Shown: one piece after another, positions 52,151 to 64,000 of the stretch | Numbering within the stretch: the first letter of the stretch is position 1 | Layout of the letters: each line of letters begins with the position of its first letter | Source: Macrostomum lignano | Taxonomy: Eukaryota | Assembly: GCA_002269645.1 (NCBI GenBank) | Contig: NIVC01001739.1 | Span: 1 to 64,000, forward strand | DNA: 64,000 bases | Direction of reading: 5' to 3' | The notes under the pieces: model-generated | What the model saw: the letters and a program-made list of their open reading frames with translations, nothing else | Told to the model about the DNA's origin: nothing | The model's database searches: none | Program-made: the position numbers and the translations under genes

Positions 52151-54610
52151 GTCTGTCTGTCTGTCTGTCTGTCTGTCAGCCTCTGTCTGCCGCTCGCCCG
52201 CCCCAATCACAAACCTGCTGAGCGCTCTGCCCAATATCGCCGAAGCAGTCCAGCAGGAAGGTTCGCTGCTGTTGCATCCAATTGGCCATCCGACCGACGT
52301 CCTCTTCGAACAGGCGCAACTGGTAGGCCTGCTCCAGGGCCACCCTGGTGGACTCCCATTTGTCAACCAGGAGACTGCGCAGCTCGTACAAGTGTTGAAT
52401 AGCATCTGTGACAGCAGGGGCCAGCTGCTGGAAGTCGGTGTTCATGCTGACCCAGCTGCTGCTGACCGATTCGCCCTTGGAGCCGCAGCGGAGCCACTGG
52501 GCCAGACGGGCCGCCTCGGCCTCCAGCGAGTGCACTGGAGCTTGGACAACCTGTCGGATTTGAATACGTAAATACGATTGCAAACAGACTACTGTGAGTA
52601 GGGTTGTCAAAAAAGTGGGTTCTGAGAAGCATCCCCAATCCCGATATGCAGCTCTACGTATTCAATATGTACTCTACGAGTGTGAAAACTGCAGGAGAGA
52701 GAAGTGAATGAAATCGATGGATGGAAGGGGAGAGTTTGGAGAGGGAAATATGGGAGATATATAGAAGAGTGGATGATGAGAGGGTGAGAGAAAGGGTGAT
52801 GAGGGAGGGTGAGGAGAGGGTGAGAGAGGGTGATGAGAGGGTGAGAGAGGGTGATGAGGGAGGGTGAAGAGAGGGTGATGAGGGAGGGTGAAGAGAGGGT
52901 GAGCAGAGGTTAAGGAGAGGGTGATGAGGGAAGGTGATGAGAGGGTGATGAGAGAGGTCGAGGAAAGAGGTTGAAGAGAAAGGGAGAAGAGAGAGGGTAA
53001 GGAAAGACGGTGAGGAGAGGGTGATGAGAGGGTGAGGAGAGAAGGTGAGACAGGATGAGTAAAAAGGTGAAAGAGGAGGAGAGAGGGTGAGGAGAGAAAA
53101 AAGGGAAGGGCAGGGAGGAGGGAGGGAGAGACATTGCAGTGCGCGAGTGTCCAATACAACGGAAAACAGTATAAAACACAGTGGATCAACAGTAAAACAG
53201 CAAAACATATCGGCAAAGGTTAAAGCCTGATTTCTGCTTCTATTGGTCACCGAATAACTCTAAAAGACTTAGTTACAGATAAAAGCCAAACACAAACCTT
53301 ATTTTTCTGAGCCCTGTGCATCTCAACCATTTGAACAGCCTGCTGCAGAGTGGCCGGTGTCACCCGGTGATCCAGCGCATGGTACAGCTTCGTGAGCTTC
53401 TCCGACATGTCGTGCGAACGGAAAAAGAAGCTCTCTAACCGACAGCGGAGTTCCACGAATTCTTTAGAATCGAACGGCAGGCTGCCATCGAATTCCGTAG
53501 TGAGCTGGGCGGGGTCAATGTCGCCGAACAGGCCTTCAATGCTGACCAGCTTGATGTCGAATGAGTACTTGCCAATGGCCATCTGGACTCGCTGCTTTTC
53601 TATGAAACTCTCCGGCTTGATGACGTAGGTGATGTCTAATGAGTCCGACAGGGTCTCGTCTAGGATCTGGGAGTGAAACAGTTATGATAGTTTATTCTGA
53701 TGAAAACCTGGCATCAAAATAATTTCTAAAACTTCAATTCAACACAATCCGCCCCATTAATAAACCAATCCCTGCAGGATCCGCCTCCCCCCCTAAAAAA
53801 TCCAACCCCTGCAGGATCCGCCCCCCCCCTAAAAAATCCAACCCCCGCAGGATCCGCCCCCCTAAAAATCCAACCCCCGCAGAATCCGCCCCCCCCCTAA
53901 AAATCCAACCCCTGCAGGATCCGCCCCCCCTAAAAAATCCAACCCCCGCCGGATCCGCCCCCCCCCCTAAGAAATCCAACCCCCGCCGGATCCGCCTCCC
54001 CCCTAAAAAATCCAACCCCTGCAGGATCCGCCCCCCCCCTAAAAAATCCAACCCCCGCAGGATCCGCCCCCTAAAAAATCCAACCCCCGCAGAATCCGCC
54101 CCCTAAAAATCCAACCCCCGCAGAATCCGCCCCCCCCCTAAAAATCCTACCCCTGCAGGATCTGCCTCCCCCCCCAAAAACCCATCCCCTGCAGGGTCCG
54201 GCCATTTCAACAATAGAAATCGCACTTTCAAAATAGGCTTAATGGAGCTCCAAGCCGCATGCCGCATATCAATAACCACGGTGAACCGCAGGGATCGAAC
54301 CCTGGCATCTGGCACATAGCTCAGGTACTTCACAAGCCGCATGAGTTCGTCAACAGGGATTTTCTCCGTGTCCGCACGGCCGGGGAAGCACATGATGGGC
54401 CCGCCTCGCCTGTCCCGGCCGCCGGGCAGCATGGCAACCCGGTGCTCCAGGTGCAGCCGCAGATCGGCGGCCTGCAGAGTGGACGGGTGCGCAGACGGTC
54501 TGTAGTATTCGGCCACATCTCGGTCAACGCCGCAGTAAGCGAAATCGTGCTCCCAGCTGCCGCCTCCCCCGCTGCTGCTGCCGCCGCCTCCGCTGCCTCG
54601 GGTTCCTTTA
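36032..54610 (-). CDS. trio: Trio/Kalirin-family RhoGEF (Sec14, spectrin repeats, DH1-PH1, SH3, DH2-PH2; no kinase seen), about 2500 aa, 5'-incomplete, one apparent frameshift
   Basis: Exons: 54610-54226 (Sec14, GGRDRRGGPIMCFP..FTVVIDMR..W.SIKPILK); 53666-53298; 52550-52215; 51822-50866; 50472-49884; 49177-48858; 47517-46681 (DH1 start KRRYILNELINTERVYVKDL); 44864-44640; 44032-41029 (DH1 end, PH1, SH3, DH2, PH2; frame break at 42137-42176); 37269-36948; 36172-36032. Splice phases are consistent throughout. Confidence 0.92.
36350..36930. repeat. 31-bp minisatellite (aattagagaattgtggcgccaaaaccccatt)
   Basis: Fills the predicted last Trio intron. Confidence 0.95.
37320..37690. repeat. About 15-bp degenerate repeat (ggggaatcccgaact)
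   Basis: Directly visible. Confidence 0.85.
38385..40090. repeat. 27-29-bp minisatellite (gtgagataaacacactgagacatgagagg)
   Basis: Directly visible. Confidence 0.96.
40555..40960. repeat. 22-bp minisatellite (cactggagtgacaatactgtga)
   Basis: Directly visible. Confidence 0.95.
44215..44595. repeat. 24-bp minisatellite (cagtcccatctcccagtccccaaa)
   Basis: Directly visible. Confidence 0.95.
45095..46640. repeat. 21-bp array: about 50 near-perfect cctaacggaaatcctagatct units followed by diverged 21-bp units
   Basis: Homogeneous at 45095-46150, heterogeneous at 46150-46640; both parts share the cggaaatc core. Confidence 0.97.
47925..48515. repeat. 20/21-bp minisatellite (gactctagtgagtctggggt)
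   Basis: Directly visible; quasi-palindromic core gactc-tagt-gagtc. Confidence 0.95.
49235..49855. repeat. 51-bp G-rich minisatellite
   Basis: Unit gagagtgcacattgaggggtaggagttcatgcggggtggcgggtggtcggg. Confidence 0.95.
50535..50820. repeat. 22-bp degenerate repeat (gattagcgattctcaaggtaag)
   Basis: Directly visible. Confidence 0.85.
51862..52178. repeat. (TGTC)n microsatellite in a Trio intron
   Basis: Directly visible. Confidence 0.95.
52735..53130. repeat. GA-rich low-complexity tract (gagagggtgat modules)
   Basis: Directly visible. Confidence 0.85.
53765..54200. repeat. About 35-bp minisatellite (aaaaaatccaacccctgcaggatccgcccccccct)
   Basis: Directly visible. Confidence 0.93.
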
Positions 54611-54827
54611 CTGTGAGCCAGACTTGGTTATTTATATTACGGCAATAATAACCGCCAGTTTCGGCTTTGATTATTAATTAGATTATGCAGAGCTGCACGC
54701 CAGAAATTTCGAATTAATAAATATTCGATCCATAATTGCAACAAATTTAGCCTTTACTAGTTTAGTCATCACTGAACTGAACCCTAAAATGCTTTTGTAT
54801 CTACTTCACCTTTTCACCACCTAAAAC

Positions 54828-56915
54828 TCTCTTGATCTACTCTCTTACCTACATCATCTCTAGATCTACTCTCTTACCTACATCATCTCTTGATCTACTC
54901 TCTTACCTACATCATTTCTAGATCTACTCTCTTACCTACATCATCTCTAGATCTACTCTCTTACCTACATCATCTCTTGATCTACTCTCTTACCTACATC
55001 ATTTCTAGATCTACTCTCTTACCTACATCATCTCTAGATCTACTCTCTTACCTACATCATCTCTTGATCTACTACTCTCTTACCTACATCATCTCTAGAT
55101 CTACTCTCTTACCTACATCATCTCTTGATCTACTCTCTTACCTACATCATCTCTAGATCTACTCTCTTACCTACATCATCTCTTGATCTACTCTCTTACC
55201 TACATCATCTCTAGATCTACTCTCTTACCTACATCATCTCTTGATCTACTCTCTTACCTACATCATCTCTAGATCTACTCTCTTACCTACATCATCTCTT
55301 GATCTACTCTCTTACCTACATCATTTCTAGATCTACTCTCTTATCTACATCATCTCTAGATCTACTCTCTTACCTACATCATCTCTAGATCTACTCTCTT
55401 ACCTACATCATCTCTTGATATACTCTCTTACCTACATCATTTCTAGATCTACTCTCTTACCTACATCATCTCTAGATCTACTCTCTTACCTACATCATCT
55501 CTTGATCTACTCTCTTACCTACATCATTTCTAGATCTACTCTCTTACCTACATCATCTCTAGATCTACTCTCTTACCTACATCATCTCTTGATCTACTAC
55601 TCTCTTACCTACATCATCTCTAGATCTACTCTCTTACCTACATCATCTCTTGATCTACTCTCTTACCTACATCATCTCTAGATCTACTCTCTTACCTACA
55701 TCATCTCTTGATCTACTCTCTTACCTACATCATCTCTAGATCTACTCTCTTACCTACATCATCTCTTGATCTACTCTCTTACCTACATCATTTCTAGATC
55801 TACTCTCTTATCTACATCATCTCTAGATCTACTCTCTTACCTACATCATCTCTAGATCTACTCTCTTACCTACATCATCTCTTGATCTACTCTCTTACCT
55901 ACATCATTTCTAGATCTACTCTCTTACCTACATCATCTCTAGATCTACTCTCTTACCTACATCATCTCTTGATCTACTCTCTTACCTACATCATTTCTAG
56001 ATCTACTCTCTTACCTACATCATCTCTAGATCTACTCTCTTACCTACATCATCTCTTGATCTACTACTCTCTTACCTACATCATCTCTAGATCTACTCTC
56101 TTACCTACATCATCTCTTGATCTACTCTCTTACCTACATCATCTCTAGATCTACTCTCTTACCTACATCATCTCTTGATCTACTCTCTTACCTACATCAT
56201 CTCTAGATCTACTCTCTTACCTACATCATCTCTTGATCTACTCTCTTACCTACATCATCTCTAGATCTACTCTCTTACCTACATCATCTCTTGATCTACT
56301 CTCTTACCTACATCATTTCTAGATCTACTCTCTTATCTACATCATCTCTAGATCTACTCTCTTACCTACATCATCTCTAGATCTACTCTCTTACCTACAT
56401 CATCTCTAGATCTACTCTCTTACCTACATCATATCTTGATCTACTCTCTTACCTACATCATCTCTTGATCTACCCTCTTACCTACATCATCTCTTGATCT
56501 ACTCTCTTACCTACATCATCTCTAGATCTACTCTCTTATCTACATCATCTCTAGATCTACTCTCTTACCTACATCATCTCTAGATCTACTCTCTTACCTA
56601 CATCATCTCTTGATCTACTCTCTTACCTACATCATCTCTTGATCTACTCTCTTACCTACATCATCTCTAGATCTACTCTCTTATCTACATCATCTCTAGA
56701 TCTACTCTCTTACCTACATCATCTCTAGATCTACTCTCTTACCTACATCATCTCTTGATCTACTCTCTTACCTACATCATCTCTTGATCTACTCTCTTAC
56801 CTACATCATCTCTTGATCTACTCTCTTACCTACATCATCTCTTGATCTACCCTCTTACCTACATCATCTCTTGATCTACTCTCTTACCTACATCATATCT
56901 TGATCTACTCATTTA
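54828..56915. repeat. 29-bp minisatellite (tagatctactctcttacctacatcatctc), about 70 copies, with higher-order blocks
   Basis: A diagnostic ctactac insertion recurs at about 55070, 55595 and 56062. Confidence 0.97.
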
Positions 56916-58716
56916 GTCTTACCTAGATCATTTCTAGACAGACTCTAATGCCTAAATAATCTCACGATCCTCTTCTCTAGATCTATTTTCTTACCTGAAT
57001 CATTTTTAGATTTATTTTCCTATTTAGATCATCTCCTTTAGATCTGCTGTCTAGAAAATTTGATTATGACATGTACTTTCTAGACTATAAGGCCAACAAT
57101 GCATCAAAGTTTTATAAATACAAAAATAATATAGATATGACAAGATCTTATGGTTCGCAATCTTGAAAATTAATAATTTACCTAGCTTCCATATACATGC
57201 AAACATTAGGTAGGGATTCTAACCTCACCCTATTGGAAAAAGTTGCTAAATGGCAAGATAGCCATCCAGCACGTTTTCAAAATGACCTTGCAGTGCAACA
57301 CAGCGTGGCACAGGGTGGTGCAGTGCAACGCAGCGTGGCACAGGGTGGTGCAGTGCAACACTTGGTGCAGTGCTTGGAATAGAATCCATGTCAAAACAAC
57401 CATGCACAGAATGGCCACACATCAAAAAAGCCTCACATCAAAATAGCCATCACCATAAAATATGGTATGGCCATTGTGGCCATAAAAAGACACACCATAG
57501 AATTCATTCCAATAAATCATAGAAACAATAACTAAAAGCAAAATTGCTGCCAAAGTATAAAAGAAAGTTTTTTTAGTGCAATTTAAGCATTACTATACTG
57601 ACAAACTATTTTTGAATAAGTTTAATGGAAATATTTAAGACTCATTATGAGCAACTTTAAGTGACCCCTTGATGCAGCCCATGTACCTTGCAAGGCAAAA
57701 TGATCCCTTGGTATATTCTTGCTAGACCTTTGATATGCATTTGTGCATTTTGAAAATTTATTACAATAAAAAGGCTAACTGTAAATCATCAATCTTAAAA
57801 AGGAAATTTATCTAACTTATCTAACCTCTGGTAGATAACTTTAAATCAATACTTTTTGTAACACTTTTATAGGCGCTGGGTTTATTTTTTGTGCATAGAG
57901 TGTGTATATGCACCCTAAATTTTAAAATCACACTGAAATTGAAGTGGGTGCGGCTTATGTACAGTCTTAAAACCTATTTTTCCATTGAAGCCACATTCAT
58001 ACTGCCTTAAAATAAGAAGAGAAACTGCACCTTGAGCCTTAAAATTGCATCATAAAAGAGAGCATTAGGTGCGATTTTGTACCTTGTCTCTGGTGAAAAA
58101 GAAAAACCTATATAGGCATATTTCAGCTTAATCATATTTCAATATAGCTTCATTGCAATTATAAGCCATTGTTTTATTTCTAGCCAAGTCATTGTCATTG
58201 TTTGAATTTGAGTATAATAAATCATAAATCTTGACTTAGTTAACTTCTAGTTTTATATGCTAACAAATTGAAATCATGGTAAATCTAAAGTAAAAATATA
58301 CTAAGAATAGGGCCTAGAGCTAATATATTAGCATTAGTCTTTAACTTGCAAAATTAGCATAGGTATCATAATAACATAAAATCAAAATGACAAAAAATAA
58401 TTATATAAACTATTTATACATACTAAAAATGACATTTTTTATAAATAAATATATAGAAAATTTAGGTTTAGAAATAGAAAATATATGTTTCAAATAACTC
58501 TACCTAGACTACTTGGAACTCAGCATTGAAACTTATTTGGAAAAGCTATAAATTTTCTAAATCTAGGTCAGGCTGTAGGCTATTTTAATCTTATATTTTC
58601 ATATATATATTAAGATCATTAAAAAGCAGGAAACTATTTTTTCTAATTCTAACCTTTTTGGCCATTTTAGCTTAGAGCTTGTTTGTTTCAGCCAATATGC
58701 ATATCATATTATGAAA

Positions 58717-58895
58717 CATGCATGTGCAACCTCCAAAATTTTGTTGCCATGTGACTTAGTTTTAACAAAAATGTGACATAGGCCCCTAGTTTTTGGCCAA
58801 AAATGCGACTTACATGTAAAAGAAACCTAAAGCAAAATTAATGCAACTTAGGGTAAATGGCAGGAGTAACTATGACTATCTTATTAAGGCAATAA
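58717..58895 (+). mobile_element. Partial or degenerate third copy of the CATACATG-TIR MITE family
   Basis: catgcatgtgcaac at 58717-58730. 58803-58892 aligns by eye to 13448-13532 (acttacatgt.aaa.aa.cctaaagcaaaa..gcaactt.gggtaaa..gcaggag.aactat.act). No right TIR or TSD found. Confidence 0.6.
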
Positions 58896-58995
58896 GGATG
58901 TTCAATCTGTTCAGGATGTCCTGCTGCTCACCTTGTAGGGTCCATTCAGGCAAGGTCAGCCTGTCAGGCCCAAACCCATTGATACATAGACTGCT

Positions 58996-59429
58996 GGCGA
59001 TCCTACAGTTTTCTGCTTTTAATTATTTTTCGGCTTTTCCGAGTGATCACTGACCAGTGGGCTGCCTATAATCAACTGGCCAATCATGTGACCATTAATC
59101 ACTCTATCTGGTTTGTTGACCCCAATGATCCTACCATCTATACAAACACCATTGAGGATACATGGGCCAACTGCAAGGCCAAGTACCAGGCAATGCATGG
59201 TACTGCAAATGGCCTGTTCGAGATGTACCTCCAAGAGTTTTTATGGCGCTAGCTATTTCAAGAGCGCCAATTCGGGAACATGTTGTATTGGATACACCAT
59301 TATTATCCATGTTAACTGTTGTGACTATTATGAGTAACTATTATATAAGTTTATCATCATTTCTTATTCCTGCTGTGCCTGCTGTAATTTTTCGAAAAAT
59401 AATTAAAAGTGGAAAACTGTAGGATCGCC
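58996..59429 (+). mobile_element. Merlin (IS1595/ISXO2-like) DNA transposon, 434-bp internally deleted non-autonomous copy
   Basis: 37-bp TIRs ggcgatcctacagttttc(tg/ca)cttttaattatttttcg with 2 mismatches and a GGCGA start. Degenerate 8-bp TSD agactgct/ggactgcc. Contains a transposase C-terminal fragment. Confidence 0.88.
59040..59252 (+). pseudogene. Merlin/ISXO2-type DDE transposase C-terminal fragment
   Basis: ITDQWAAYNQLANHVTINHSIWFVDPNDPTIYTNTIEDTWANCKAKYQAMHGTANGLFEMYLQEFLWR fits the family pattern D-W--Y---H--vNHS--FV-----TN-IE--W---K---G----YL-EF-wR. Confidence 0.85.
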
Positions 59430-61391
59430 GGACTGCCTGCTAGGCCTATGCAACACTAGGGTGCCCAACACTGCCAACAGAGCGGACTTTGTTCACTCCC
59501 AGGCTTTGCGGCGCACTATCTGAGATCTGACACGCCCTGCTCTAACTGTGACTGTGCATGTGGGGTTGTATAGGCCTAGGCCTATTTTGTTGTAGTTGTT
59601 GTTATTACCTAGTATTACCTAGTAAAAATATTATTTAGGCAAATTGAGCTCTCCAAGCTTCTGGCAATAGCACTGTAGTGTAGTAATACTAACTAGGCTT
59701 TATATGTTTAGGAAAATGTTTTATAGATTAATAATACTATATACTATATTAGGCCCCCTACTATAGTTATAAGTCATACTCATATAGTCAGTCAGAGTGT
59801 CAGACAGACTTGACTTAGTAATTAAGTCATAGATTAAGATTAATTTTTCTTTCTGTTTCGGACAAATACGGAGTTAAAATTAACTTTTTTAAATAAAGGA
59901 CTGTACACTATTTTTGCACATGTACTGTACTGTTACGTTTGTGAATGGCAGACTGGACATCTCCCGTGTTTAAGATTAGGCCGAACGTGTACTTTGCCTT
60001 AGTAGTAGTAGTAGTAGAGATTGATTTGATTTCTAATTACGATTTTTTAAAAATATAGCAAATATTCCACCGCAATATAACTAAAACTCCTCTATACGAG
60101 CTGTAAAGTAATAAAAATTTTTACTCTTTTTTTAACTACGAGAAATATGCATACCGCAATATTTTCAAAAAGAAACCTACACTCTGTGTATACACGCATG
60201 CTGTACAATGGTACTGTAACGTGCCGTTCGTTCATCGATAACTAGAGCTCTCATGGTAAGTCCAAAGCATTCCTATACCAAATACATAAAATAAATTAAA
60301 AAACGGGCAATACGCAATACTACTGATACTATTTAAGCGCTTCCAGAATAATTTTAGGAGTTTATTATATAATCTTGTGAAATCGACAATAGGGGAATTA
60401 AGAGTTGTAGATTCTCGCGCATTTACATAAGCACCTCCAGGTAGATCAATGGTGCTTGTTGTAATAGTTTTAATGCAAGTGCGTGTAAATGACTAGGTCG
60501 TCCTTAAAGTGAATTAGCATTTTAATTATGCTTATAGTAGTTCAGCCACAGTAAAATCTGCCAAAAATTCTTACTTTCTTAGTCGACTAAGAAAGTAGTG
60601 ACTTAGTGACTGCCCCCCTCTCTAAGGTCTTCAGCCTCCCGCAAATAATTCTGCGGATGTTTCCCGGTATTTAAAAGAAGTTATTCAAGCAAATGCAAAC
60701 GATGTGTTTCCTCAAGTTATTTTTGGCTCGTTAGATTTTATATATTAATTGTTTTTAGGGCGATTCTATTAAATGTTTTTTGTTTTTTCTACATACATAT
60801 TTCTGTTTTAAAAAAAGAGAAAATCGAACAGGATAGAAAGACCAAGTGTAATAATTTTCTAAAATTAAATTAGCTAAATTTGTCATTTCACTGACTGGCA
60901 TGTTGTTTCCTGTATTGTACTGTACTTATAACTTGGTTATAATCTCCACAAAGACAACCGGTGTATTATTGGTAGTTCTATCATTTTATCAACGCATTTA
61001 CACAAAATACATAGGTAATTTTATTCAAAGAAGCAATTAAGGGTTCAGATAAAATAAAATTTTACAATGCTGTATACAGGTTACGCAATCAAAAATAGAT
61101 TCGGGTGATGAAATTGCACTCTAAAACGCAAAGCATTTAATATAAATTATGTTAAATCGATTTGGTCGATAACAACCAGCAAAGATCTAAGAGCAAAGCC
61201 GATCTATAATGGAAACAGCGGCCACAAGCTTGCGCTGGGAAGTTTTGAATTTAAACAAAAAATCTGATCGCTCACTTGCAATTTCTTTCTAACAATAGGC
61301 GTCGATTTATACTACTCAAAGTGACTATCTGATAGTAGTATAGACATAGTGACAATTAATATTGAATTCCCAGGAATTCTTCTCTACCCAT

Positions 61392-63370
<1,979 letters not shown>

Positions 63371-63439
63371 CTGATAGCAATAATGCAGCAATTATTCTCA
63401 TATCATTTTTATGACTGCGATCGCGTACCATTGTACGTA

Positions 63440-64000
63440 CGAGATGGGGGCACTGACCCCTAGCATTGAAATGGGGGCACTGACCCCCTCCCCTAGGCTC
63501 GAGATAGGGGCACTGACCCCCTAGCATCGAGATGGGGCATTGACCCCGCAACGAGATGGGGGCATTGACCCTCAAGCATCGAGATTGGGGCACTGACCCC
63601 AAACATCGAGATGGGGGCACTAACCCCAAGCATCGAGATGGGGGCATTGACCCCCTAACATCGAGATGGGGCATTGACCCCCTAACATCGAAATGGGGGC
63701 ACTGACCCCCTAGCATCGAGATGGGGCATTGACCCCCTAACATCGAGATGGGGGCACTGACCCCCTAGCATCGAGATGGGGGCACTGACCCTCTAGCATA
63801 GATATGGGGCACTGACCCCCTAGCATCGAGATGGGGCACTGACCCCCCTAGCATCGAAATGGGGGCACTGACCCGCCCTAGCATCGAGATGGGGCACTGA
63901 CCCCCCTAGCATCGAAATGGGGGCACTGACCCGCCCTAGCATCGAGATGGGGCACTGACCCGCCCTAGCATCGAGATGGGGCACTGACCCCCCTAGCATC
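63440..64000. repeat. About 27-bp minisatellite (ggggcactgaccccctagcatcgagat), open at the window end
   Basis: Directly visible; each unit has a gggg..cccc mini-hairpin. Confidence 0.93.

Noticed and set aside
57197-57446. Short ORFs with a 30-bp internal duplication (..LLEKVAKWQDSHPARF..)
   Set aside because: No recognisable domain and no consistent splice sites linking it to Trio.
60250-60260. ATG|GTAAGT micro first exon on the + strand
   Set aside because: No downstream + strand exons were found before FGGY, and it is on the wrong strand for Trio.

Overview
Eukaryotic (metazoan) genomic DNA. It has GC-rich exons with poly-Ala/Gln/Gly tracts, GT-AG introns that nearly all carry their own minisatellite, and long (GACA)n tracts. 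This style suggests a free-living flatworm such as Macrostomum (inference only). The window opens with a homogeneous 118-bp satellite (1-7177). Four genes can be rebuilt with phase-consistent splice sites: a 3-exon PNT+ETS (SPDEF-like) transcription factor (+), a complete STIM gene (-), a Trio/Kalirin-type dual RhoGEF (-; start not found, one frameshift at the start of DH2), and the 3' part of FGGY (-). Most long ORFs in the supplied track are read-through of tandem repeats. The top finding is a duplicated STIM exon pair (26100-26200 and 25655-25761; the second is absent from the ORF track). Both encode the Orai-gating SOAR/CAD apex, and reading frame allows only one to be used: one is STIM1-like (F at the F394 position), the other STIM2-like (L). 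Also found: a STIM cassette exon between inverted (TGTC)n/(GACA)n arrays with a frame-rescuing tandem acceptor, two inverted MITEs with perfect 8-bp TSDs bracketing the ETS gene, and a 434-bp Merlin deletion derivative. All coordinates and alignments were done by eye; no database searches were run.
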